A stretch of 26,180 bases of DNA from a virus (taxonomy: Duplodnaviria > Heunggongvirae > Uroviricota > Caudoviricetes), in the IMG/VR virus record IMGVR_UViG_2698536580_000004, positions 1-26,180 of that record; one strand, given 5' to 3'. Below are positions 16,586 to 24,477 of this stretch, piece by piece. The notes beneath the pieces were generated by a model. It had not been told where the DNA came from and made no database searches. It worked only from the letters and a program-made list of their open reading frames with translations. Each line of letters begins with the position of its first letter. Within the stretch, counting starts at the first letter, position 1. The position numbers were made by a program, and so were the translations under genes.

Positions 16586-16829
16586 TCTGGTTGTATGCAA
16601 AAAAGAAATCACCTTTGAACCGAATCAGACTGCTTATAATAAGTTCATCAACGAAATGGCGATGGATAATAAAGTGGCACCTGCACACAATTATCTTGTG
16701 CGCATTGTGTCTGCTGAAAGTAAAGAGGCGCTGGAAGATATTCTGAAACGTCCGGGCGCAGCGCTCCAGCTTGCCGGGAAAGTGAATGAGCTTTATGCGC
16801 CAGAACTGGAAATTGAAGTAAAAAACTGA
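16572..16829 (+). CDS. tail assembly chaperone (short form)
   Basis: 85-aa AT-rich ORF directly upstream of the tape measure gene; ends with slippery A_AAA_AAC next to its stop. Confidence 0.55.
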   Translation: MEKINLVVCKKEITFEPNQTAYNKFINEMAMDNKVAPAHNYLVRIVSAESKEALEDILKRPGAALQLAGKVNELYAPELEIEVKN

Positions 16830-17020
16830 CAAAACGAGTCCGGGCAATTGAACAGAACGGACTCGAACAGTATTTAATTTTACGTCGCCATTATTTACCA
16901 CACGGTCAGGATTCCGTGGATGATATTTCCGCTGCCATCTGGCTGGATAATCGCCACTGGGAAAATATGCGAATAGCGGTTGCTAACGGAATCAGCACTG
17001 CATTTAAAGGCACGGAATGA
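16572..17020 (+). CDS. tail assembly chaperone, -1 frameshift-extended form (shift at 16820-16826)
   Basis: After a -1 slip on A_AAA_AAC the frame from 16826 is open for 64 codons (LTKRVRAIEQNG...AFKGTE) and stops at TGA 17018-17020, overlapping the tape measure ATG 17017. Confidence 0.5.
16820..16826 (+). other. candidate -1 programmed ribosomal frameshift slippery heptamer A_AAA_AAC
   Basis: X_XXY_YYZ heptamer directly before the chaperone stop codon; the -1 frame is open to the tape measure start. Confidence 0.5.
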
Positions 17021-18984
17021 AACAGTTAGATTTTACATTAAGCCTGATTGATAAGCTGACGCGCCCGTTAAAACAGGCGCAGGGCAGCGTCACCGGCTTT
17101 GCGGAAAAATCAAAAGCGGCCTTTTCGCAGATTGGCGGCGGCGTGCTGGGGCTGGCCGGTACGGGGATGGCCATAAAAGGCGCGTTATCGCCGGCTATCG
17201 AAATGTACGACGCGCTGAATGATGCCGCCGCAAAAGGGATTGATAATCAGGCATTAAAGACCGTACAGCGTGACGCGCTCCGGTTCAGCATGACCTACGG
17301 TGCCAGCGCGGTGGAGTTCGTCAAATCCACAGAGAACATTAACGCTTCCATTGCCGGCCTTACCGCCAGCGAGCTGCCGAAAGTGACGAAGGTCGCTAAT
17401 ACGCTGGCGTTTGCCCTGAAATCCACATCCGCCGACACGGCGGAGTTCATGGGGCAGATGTACGGTAACTTTTCCGCCGATGCGGCGCGGCTGGGTAAAG
17501 TCCAGTTCGCCGAGCAACTGGCGGGAAAAATGGTGTATATGCGCAAGGTCTTCGGTACCGAAATGGGTACCATCAAAGACCTGATGGAAGGGGCGCGGGG
17601 TGTCGGGACTAACTACGGCGTCGGGCTGGATGAACAGCTGGCGGTGCTGGGACAGCTAAATCGTACGCTGGGGACAGAAGCCAGCAGCGCTTATGAAGGT
17701 TTCATGACCGGCGCGATGGAGGGAGCTAAAAAGCTGGGGCTGTCCTTCACGGACTCCACCGGCAAAATGCTGTCCATGCCTGAAATGCTGATCAAGCTGC
17801 AGGGCAAATACGGCAAAAGCCTGGAAGGGAACCTGAAAGCCCAGGCGGAGCTGGATGCGGCATTTGGTGACAGTTCAGCGGTGATAAAACACCTGTACGG
17901 CAATGTGGCGTTACTGCAGCGTAATATCACCGAACTGGGCGGCTCTGACGGGCTGAAGCGTACACAGGAGATGGCCGGGAAGCTGGTCAAGCCGTGGGAT
18001 CGCTTTGTACAAATCCTTAAAGCCATTCAGACGGTGATCGGACTGACGTTGATCCCGGTTCTGTACCCGGTACTGAACCGCCTGGCCGATATGGGGCAGA
18101 CGTTCGGCCGCTGGATGCAGATGTTTCCCAACATTGCGCGGGTGATTGGTTACGTGCAGCTTGCGCTGTTTGGCGTGGCGGCAGCGGGCGCGATGACAAA
18201 TATTGTCATGGGTGTCTCAAAATTTATCCTGGTGGGACTGAAGGGACTCTGGAGCGCCCTGACGCTGGTCACGAAGATTTACACGGCCACGGTCTGGGTT
18301 GCCTCAAAAGCTGTTGTGGCGTGGAACCTGACGCTGAAATTCCTGCGGGGTACGCTGCTGGCCGTGCGCATGGCGGCGATTATGGCCGGTATTGGCATCA
18401 ACCTGATGAGCTGGCCGGTTCTGCTGGTTATCGGGGCGATTGCTCTGCTGGCAGCCGGGTGTTATCTGCTGATTAAACACTGGGATGATGTGAAAGCGGC
18501 GGTGATGAATACGGCAGCGTTTACCGCCGTGGCTGGTGTGGTGGAATGGCTTGCCGGCCTGTTTTCCGCTGCGTGGCAATGGATCACGGACGGCTGGAAC
18601 AGCTTTATTGCGCTGCTGACCGGGTTTTCACCGTCACAGGCGCTAAGCGGCATGGCCAGCGGGATTGTCTCCCTGTTTGATAACGTCTGGCAGACCATCA
18701 AAGGCGGGTTCCTGAAATCGTGGAACTGGATTGTCGGAAAGCTCAATAAAATTCCGGGCGTCGATATTTCACTGGCGAACGAATCTCAACCGGCACTGAC
18801 AACGAATACCCTTTCTACTGGCGGTGAATTAAAAGGCGTTGATAAAGGCGGTATCAGTAAAACAATTAGCAGTAATTCTAAATCAGTAACGGATAACAGC
18901 CGTAAAATTGGTGAAGTGCATTTTCATACTAAAGAAGCGCTTTCACCCTCCCAGCTAATGGAATGGCAGGAGCTTAATGCGTGA
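17017..18984 (+). CDS. tail tape measure protein
   Basis: 655 aa, Ala/Gly-rich helical N-terminal part, several hydrophobic segments in the C-terminal half; directly downstream of the chaperone pair. Confidence 0.75.
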   Translation: MKQLDFTLSLIDKLTRPLKQAQGSVTGFAEKSKAAFSQIGGGVLGLAGTGMAIKGALSPAIEMYDALNDAAAKGIDNQALKTVQRDALRFSMTYGASAVEFVKSTENINASIAGLTASELPKVTKVANTLAFALKSTSADTAEFMGQMYGNFSADAARLGKVQFAEQLAGKMVYMRKVFGTEMGTIKDLMEGARGVGTNYGVGLDEQLAVLGQLNRTLGTEASSAYEGFMTGAMEGAKKLGLSFTDSTGKMLSMPEMLIKLQGKYGKSLEGNLKAQAELDAAFGDSSAVIKHLYGNVALLQRNITELGGSDGLKRTQEMAGKLVKPWDRFVQILKAIQTVIGLTLIPVLYPVLNRLADMGQTFGRWMQMFPNIARVIGYVQLALFGVAAAGAMTNIVMGVSKFILVGLKGLWSALTLVTKIYTATVWVASKAVVAWNLTLKFLRGTLLAVRMAAIMAGIGINLMSWPVLLVIGAIALLAAGCYLLIKHWDDVKAAVMNTAAFTAVAGVVEWLAGLFSAAWQWITDGWNSFIALLTGFSPSQALSGMASGIVSLFDNVWQTIKGGFLKSWNWIVGKLNKIPGVDISLANESQPALTTNTLSTGGELKGVDKGGISKTISSNSKSVTDNSRKIGEVHFHTKEALSPSQLMEWQELNA

Positions 18985-19310
18985 GTGGGATTCTCTATAT
19001 TGACCTGCTTATTGAGCATGGTGACTTCTCATTAAATGCCGGTAATGAGCCTGAATTATGCAATAACCGAAAAAGTATCGGGCAGGACATTATTCACGCC
19101 ATTATTGAGAGCGGATTAGCCACGCAATTAATTGCGGAACGCAGTCCGACACTGAGGGCAGATATTTTTACACAACTGGAATTACTGGTTGAAAACGATG
19201 AGCGCATTGTGCCGGGAACGGTGGAAATCAGTGAAGAAAGCCAGAAACGGCTGTGGGTGACCGCGAGCACATACGATTTTGGCACGCTTTCATATCAGGT
19301 GGACTTATGA
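18981..19310 (+). CDS. putative baseplate/tail protein (small)
   Basis: 109 aa; GTG start overlapping the tape measure stop (GTGA); AT-rich; no motif recognised. Confidence 0.4.
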   Translation: MSGILYIDLLIEHGDFSLNAGNEPELCNNRKSIGQDIIHAIIESGLATQLIAERSPTLRADIFTQLELLVENDERIVPGTVEISEESQKRLWVTASTYDFGTLSYQVDL

Positions 19311-20491
19311 CGGAAAAGCCCCAGGTTGATTTTGAAGAAGTGGTGAAAGCCGGCGGGATGCCGGTGACGGAATCTGAGGTTCGCGATCGCTTCAATGCGA
19401 TTGCAGCTGACGAGGGGATTATCACCAATACGTCCCGCATGTCACCGTTCTGGCGGTTAATCACCGCCATTGTGACCGCGCCAGTGATGTGGCTGAAAGA
19501 CGTTCTGGTGTTCACCGTGCTGGCCAATATGTTTGTGGCCACAGCCAGCGGGAGCATGTTGCGTCTGCTGGCGTGGGCGGTGAACGTCACGGCAAAACCG
19601 GCGAGCGCTGCACAGGGTGTGATCCGCTTCTTCAAAGAAGATGCAAAAGCTGTGGTGACGGTGAAAGCCGGGACGATTATCCAGACAGAGCGCATTAACG
19701 GCCGCGTGTATGAGCTGGCCACCAGTGAGGATGTGGTGATCGCTTCCGGTACGGCCAGCGCATTACTGCCGGTGAAAGCCACCGGCACCGGGGGCGCATA
19801 TAACCTTGCGCCGGGATATTACCGCATTCTGCCGGTTGCCGTTGACGGTATCAGCTACGTGACCAGCGAAGAAAACTGGCTGACCGTACCGGGCGCGGAT
19901 GAAGAAAGTGATGACGAGCTGCGCGAACGCTGCCGCAATCAGTTCAATCTGGTGGGGAATTACCACACTGACGCCGTTTACCGGTCGATGATTGCCGGCG
20001 TTGCAGGGCTGAGTATTGACCGGATTTTCTTTGAACATGAAGCGCCGAGGGGACCCGGTACCGCCAACGCGTATCTGTTGCTGGACAGCGGGGTGGCCTC
20101 TGCGCCTTTCGTGGATGCGGTGAATGACTATATCAACACGCAGGGACACCACGGGCATGGTGATGATATGCAGTGCTATTCCATGCCGGAAACGCTTCAC
20201 GATCTGGTCGTCACGGTTTATGTCAAAAATCTGAACAACTTCAGTGACGAAGAAGTGAAAACGCTGAAGGGCGGCATTGAAAACATGATCCGCTGTGCCT
20301 TTCGTGAGAATGCTGATTATGACGTCAGAAAGACGTGGCCATATTCACGGTTTTCCTTTTCTCAGCTGGGGCGGGAGATCCACAGGACATTTACTCAGAC
20401 GGAATCACTGTCTTTTTCGCTGGGTGATATCACCAGCGAACTGAGTGTGCCACGCCTGAAATCGTTAACGGTGGGTATTGAAAATGAGTGA
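19307..20491 (+). CDS. putative baseplate wedge protein (baseplate J-like)
   Basis: Track frame starts at 19253 but the ATG at 19307 (MTEKPQ) overlaps the upstream stop (ATGA); ~394 aa; precedes small tail protein, fibre and Tfa, the order seen in P2 J-I-H-G and e14-type modules. Confidence 0.45.
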   Translation: MTEKPQVDFEEVVKAGGMPVTESEVRDRFNAIAADEGIITNTSRMSPFWRLITAIVTAPVMWLKDVLVFTVLANMFVATASGSMLRLLAWAVNVTAKPASAAQGVIRFFKEDAKAVVTVKAGTIIQTERINGRVYELATSEDVVIASGTASALLPVKATGTGGAYNLAPGYYRILPVAVDGISYVTSEENWLTVPGADEESDDELRERCRNQFNLVGNYHTDAVYRSMIAGVAGLSIDRIFFEHEAPRGPGTANAYLLLDSGVASAPFVDAVNDYINTQGHHGHGDDMQCYSMPETLHDLVVTVYVKNLNNFSDEEVKTLKGGIENMIRCAFRENADYDVRKTWPYSRFSFSQLGREIHRTFTQTESLSFSLGDITSELSVPRLKSLTVGIENE

Positions 20492-21071
20492 GTTCCTGAA
20501 AAAGCTGGCCGGGATGGTGCTTCCTTCCTGGATGAACAAAGGGGAGCCGGCCAAGTTGCTGAAAACGGCGCGGCGGTTCTGGGCTGAGGTTTACGGCTGG
20601 GTAACGTGGCCAGTGAATCAGTTCGATCCGCTGACGTGTACGCCGGTATTACTGAACCTGCTGGCGTACGACCGCGACATTACCCGCTTTGACGGTGAAC
20701 CGCTGGCATTGTTCCGTAAGCGCGTGGCATATGCCTTTGTCAATGCGCGGGATGCCGGTTCCGTTGAGGGGTTTATCAACATCTTTGAACGGCTGGGAAT
20801 TGGGTACGTTGAGCTGCAGGAACGCCAGCCGGGGATTGACTGGGATGTGATTCTGGTTCGCGTGACAGACAGCCAGATTGCGGACAACACGCAGTTGCTG
20901 ATCCAGATAATTCGCCAGTACGGGCGAACATGTCGCCGTTATCAGTTTGAGGTGATCACGTCTGAAAGCCTGGCCATCCGGGCGGGATGGGATCAGGGAG
21001 AATATGTGGCGTATCCGGCAGCGTTAAACAGTACGGTAACAGACAGCGCGACGTTCAGCGCGGGTTTATAG
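20484..21071 (+). CDS. putative baseplate/tail protein (P2 gpI-like position)
   Basis: Track start 20478 is TTG; ATG at 20484 (MSEFLKK); ~195 aa; between the J-like gene and the tail fibre. Confidence 0.45.
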   Translation: MSEFLKKLAGMVLPSWMNKGEPAKLLKTARRFWAEVYGWVTWPVNQFDPLTCTPVLLNLLAYDRDITRFDGEPLALFRKRVAYAFVNARDAGSVEGFINIFERLGIGYVELQERQPGIDWDVILVRVTDSQIADNTQLLIQIIRQYGRTCRRYQFEVITSESLAIRAGWDQGEYVAYPAALNSTVTDSATFSAGL

Positions 21072-21080
21072 GGAGATTTT

Positions 21081-22658
21081 ATGTCACAGACAGCTATCAC
21101 ACTGGCATTTGAACAGTGGAAGGCGCTGCAGGGTGCCACTGGCGAGCCTGTCCTGCTGGACGAATTTGTTTTTGCGAACGTGCCGGGACTGAATCCAGAA
21201 CAACCCGTTGATCGCAGCGAGACACTGCCACCGGCCGCGCAGATTGTTCACCGGCAGGCAGTCAGCCGTAAAGGTGTGGTGAATGAAAATGCCGTGGTGC
21301 ACTCCGTTGTACTGGGTGCGGATGTGGGCGATTTTTCGTTTAACTGGATCGGCCTGATTAACAAGGCCAGCGGCACGCTGGCGATGATTGTTCATGCGCC
21401 TGTCCAGCAAAAGCTGAAAACTGCAGAAGGGCAGCAGGGGAATGTCCTGACCCGCTCTTTCCTGATGGAATACAACGGCGCACAGACAGAAACCGGCATC
21501 AATACGCCCGCTGAAACCTGGCAGATTGATTTTACTGCGCGTATGGCCGGAATGGATGAGCGCCAGCGCCTGGAAAATATGGATATCTATGGTGCGGCGG
21601 CGTTTTTTGGTAACGGGTATCTGGTAGCCAAAACCGGCAATCAGTTTTTTGTCACGAAAGGCACAGGTTATGTGGCTGGACTTCGTGCGTCACTGGCTGC
21701 GAACCAGAATATTACGGTGACGACAAAGCCGGTAAAAGTCTGGCTGGATGTGTGCTGGACGGGAACGCTGACCAGTGTCTGGAATGTGCAGAGCAAAATC
21801 ACGGTGGCTGCAAATCTTGCTGATTACGTTCAGAACGGGGTTCAGCATTATGTGTTTGCGGTGGCCAGCATTGATGCGGATGGCAACATCACGGATTTAC
21901 GGCCAAAAGGTAGCCTGGGAGAACAGCAGGCCAGCAGCGATTTTTTGCGTAAGGATGCAAACCTTGCTGATGTTAACGACAAAGCGAAAGCCAGAAAAAA
22001 TCTTGAACTGGGTGAACTGGCTGTTTTAAGCATTAGTGATGTTGTACCTGTTGGGGTGCCACTTCCCTGGCCGACAGATATCCCACCGGCGCGTCACGCA
22101 ATCATGCAGGGACAGGCATTTGATACAGTGGCTTGCCCGCAATTGGCTATTGCATACCCATCGGGTGTTCTTCCTGATATGCGCCGCCAGACAATCAAAG
22201 GGAAACCAGATGGCCGCGCAGTATTGTCCTGTGAAGATGATGGCAATAAATCCCATGCTCACACTGCCAGTGCATCCAGTACCGATCTGGGGACGAAATC
22301 GACATCCTCATTCGATTACGGTACCAAAACAGCCAGCACTTTTGATTATGGGACTAAAACGACGAATACAACGGGGGCACACGTACATTCTAGGAATTAT
22401 GGGGGAACTTACGTTGATTCAGGTAATAACACACAAAATCAGGTGCCACGTTGGGGATCTGCGTCTAACTCATCATCAGCCGGAAACCACGCTCACACAG
22501 TAGGAATTGGCGCGCACAATCACACCGTAGGTATCGGCGCTCATGCTCACACTGTAGCAATAGGCGCACACAGTCACACCATTACCGTCGCCGCGTCGGG
22601 TAACGCAGAAACGACCGTTAAGAATATTGCATTTAACTACATAGTGAGACTCGCATAA
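21081..22658 (+). CDS. tail fibre protein with C-terminal His-rich repeat tip
   Basis: 525 aa; GGGAG SD; Gly/Thr/Ser-rich shaft; repeats (S/T)xxFDYGTKT and four tandem 9-aa HxHT(V/I)xIGA repeats near the C-terminus; followed by a Tfa gene. Confidence 0.75.
   Translation: MSQTAITLAFEQWKALQGATGEPVLLDEFVFANVPGLNPEQPVDRSETLPPAAQIVHRQAVSRKGVVNENAVVHSVVLGADVGDFSFNWIGLINKASGTLAMIVHAPVQQKLKTAEGQQGNVLTRSFLMEYNGAQTETGINTPAETWQIDFTARMAGMDERQRLENMDIYGAAAFFGNGYLVAKTGNQFFVTKGTGYVAGLRASLAANQNITVTTKPVKVWLDVCWTGTLTSVWNVQSKITVAANLADYVQNGVQHYVFAVASIDADGNITDLRPKGSLGEQQASSDFLRKDANLADVNDKAKARKNLELGELAVLSISDVVPVGVPLPWPTDIPPARHAIMQGQAFDTVACPQLAIAYPSGVLPDMRRQTIKGKPDGRAVLSCEDDGNKSHAHTASASSTDLGTKSTSSFDYGTKTASTFDYGTKTTNTTGAHVHSRNYGGTYVDSGNNTQNQVPRWGSASNSSSAGNHAHTVGIGAHNHTVGIGAHAHTVAIGAHSHTITVAASGNAETTVKNIAFNYIVRLA
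22488..22595 (+). repeat. four tandem 27-nt repeats encoding HxHT(V/I)xIGA in the tail fibre gene
   Basis: cacgctcacacagtaggaattggcgcg / cacaatcacaccgtaggtatcggcgct / catgctcacactgtagcaataggcgca / cacagtcacaccattaccgtcgccgcg, in frame with the fibre ORF. Confidence 0.8.
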
Positions 22659-23245
22659 TGACTTTTAAAATGAGTGAAACCGATCAAACAGTTACTGTTT
22701 ATAACCTGCGTTCCGATACGAATGAATTTATTGGTGCGGGTGACGCTTTTATTCCTGCACATACCGGACTGCCAGCTAACTGCACCACGATAAAGCCACC
22801 GGCAATCAAAGCGGGATTTGTGGCGATTTTTGATTCAGAGAAGCAAAGATGGATTTCCCGTGAGGATCATCGTGGTGAGGTGGTGTTTTATACGGAAAAC
22901 GGTAATGAGCTGGAGATAACCGAGCCAGGCGCTTACCCGGAAGGGACTACCACGTCAGCACCGGCTAATGCCTGGCAAAAATGGAATGGTAAGGCGTGGG
23001 TGGATGATGCGGAGGCCATGCGAATTGCATTAGTCAGCGAGGCAGACGCCGAAAAGAAAAGACTGCTTAAACAGGCCAATGATGCCATTACCACATTGCA
23101 GGATGCCGTTGATTTAGACATGGCGACCGAAGAAGAAGCACTGCTGCTTACCGCATGGAAAAAATACCGCGTTTTACTGAATCGTATTCAACCGGAAGAT
23201 GCGCCGGAAATTGTGTGGCCGGAGGTGCCTGGAAATGTGGCGTGA
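22658..23245 (+). CDS. tail fibre assembly protein (Tfa)
   Basis: 195 aa; C-terminal LQDAVDLDMATEEEALLLTAWKKYRVLLNRIQPEDAPEIVWPEVP is a typical Tfa C-terminus; start overlaps the fibre stop (TAATG). Confidence 0.8.
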   Translation: MTFKMSETDQTVTVYNLRSDTNEFIGAGDAFIPAHTGLPANCTTIKPPAIKAGFVAIFDSEKQRWISREDHRGEVVFYTENGNELEITEPGAYPEGTTTSAPANAWQKWNGKAWVDDAEAMRIALVSEADAEKKRLLKQANDAITTLQDAVDLDMATEEEALLLTAWKKYRVLLNRIQPEDAPEIVWPEVPGNVA

Positions 23246-23960
23246 AGCACGTCTGGCCTTCACGGATTCTGTTGCTGCGCTGAACTGTTCTATCGTCCCT
23301 GCGCATCCGTGGATTTATGGGCTGGGACAGCAGACAGCGAACGGGGCATATCTCAGCCCGGTTAATGCTGTTCGCTATCTTGCTGAACGCCTGGCCGGAA
23401 CAGGGGGGAATGCGGACATGGTGATTATGATGGTCACCGGACAGACACAGGATAACTTCATGGCAAGCCTGAATAACCTGGTCGGGATTTTCCCCGCCCC
23501 GGCATTCACGCAGGTCAAACGGCTTGCGCAATCCGCCGCAGCGCTGGCTATTGAAAAGATGCAGATCCCTGCGAAAACCGCCGCTGCGTTACCTGCGCCC
23601 ATTCCGTTGTCTGTACCAACCAGCAGGGCAGCTTTATCTGCTGCGGCAATCAGCCAGGCACAAAAGGCGGCGGGTGCCGGGTTTGATATCGAAGGGCTGA
23701 AAAAACAGCTGGGCGAGTTCACGCAGCTGCGTGACCAGCTTATCAGTGATGTGGCCAGCGGACTGAATGATTTACAGGGGAAAAGTGCCAGAGCGTGGGT
23801 TTTTACTGCCAGCGGAGACACCGGCACCACGTTACTGGAACTGATGAAGGACATTCCGCAGCAGTCTGCCGTTTACACCGCTGCCATGATGCTGGTTGGC
23901 GATAATCTTGATGGAATAAAGGGAATGATTCATGACTGCGATCCCGACATTGGCGCTTAA
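23235..23960 (+). CDS. hypothetical Ala-rich protein of unknown function
   Basis: Track frame starts at 23199; ATG at 23235 (MWREARL) has GGAGG 9 nt upstream and overlaps the Tfa 3' end; ~241 aa; no motif recognised. Confidence 0.45.
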   Translation: MWREARLAFTDSVAALNCSIVPAHPWIYGLGQQTANGAYLSPVNAVRYLAERLAGTGGNADMVIMMVTGQTQDNFMASLNNLVGIFPAPAFTQVKRLAQSAAALAIEKMQIPAKTAAALPAPIPLSVPTSRAALSAAAISQAQKAAGAGFDIEGLKKQLGEFTQLRDQLISDVASGLNDLQGKSARAWVFTASGDTGTTLLELMKDIPQQSAVYTAAMMLVGDNLDGIKGMIHDCDPDIGA

Positions 23961-24477
23961 TGGCGAGGCCATCCAGCTGAAAAACATGCGGGTGACTGTT
24001 TCACAGCAGTTTCAGGATAAAGATCAGTCCGGCCAGACCAGCGCCACAACAAAATCAGAGCAGGGAGCAAAGGGAAAGGAACTGCGGATCAGCGGTGAAA
24101 TACCTTTTAAACAGTCTGAAATACTGAAGCGTATTTTTGAGCTGGCCAGTGCTACCGATGCCAGTGGTAATCGTCAGAAGTACCGCGTGGCGCATGAAGT
24201 TGCCCGTGCTGTTAATTTTCGTGAAGCAACGTTCAGCGGGATGCTGGATGCACCCCAGCAGGACGGGAAAATGTCCTGGCTGGTGACATTCACACTGGCG
24301 GAACATATCAGCGTGCAGGAAAAGCGAGAAGCCAGGGCAACAGGTAAGACGACCGCAAAAAAACAGACTGCCGGTAGTGCGGGACAGTCCGGTGGCCAGT
24401 CTGCCGGAGAGGATGAAGAAAAACTGACGTGGTTTGAACGCAAGGTGCTGAAGCCCGTCAATGATGCTTTGGGTTAA
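23932..24477 (+). CDS. hypothetical protein of unknown function (Lys-rich centre, Gly/Ser/Gln-rich C-terminal stretch)
   Basis: 181-aa ORF overlapping the upstream ORF by 29 nt; its stop overlaps the ATG of the hub/spike gene; no motif recognised. Confidence 0.45.
   Translation: MTAIPTLALNGEAIQLKNMRVTVSQQFQDKDQSGQTSATTKSEQGAKGKELRISGEIPFKQSEILKRIFELASATDASGNRQKYRVAHEVARAVNFREATFSGMLDAPQQDGKMSWLVTFTLAEHISVQEKREARATGKTTAKKQTAGSAGQSGGQSAGEDEEKLTWFERKVLKPVNDALG

Noticed and set aside
19228-19788. 186-aa minus-strand ORF inside the J-like gene, and similar antisense ORFs at 23375-23854 and 24055-24510
   Set aside because: All are antisense to co-linear, translationally coupled plus-strand genes; no SD or motif; interpreted as shadows.
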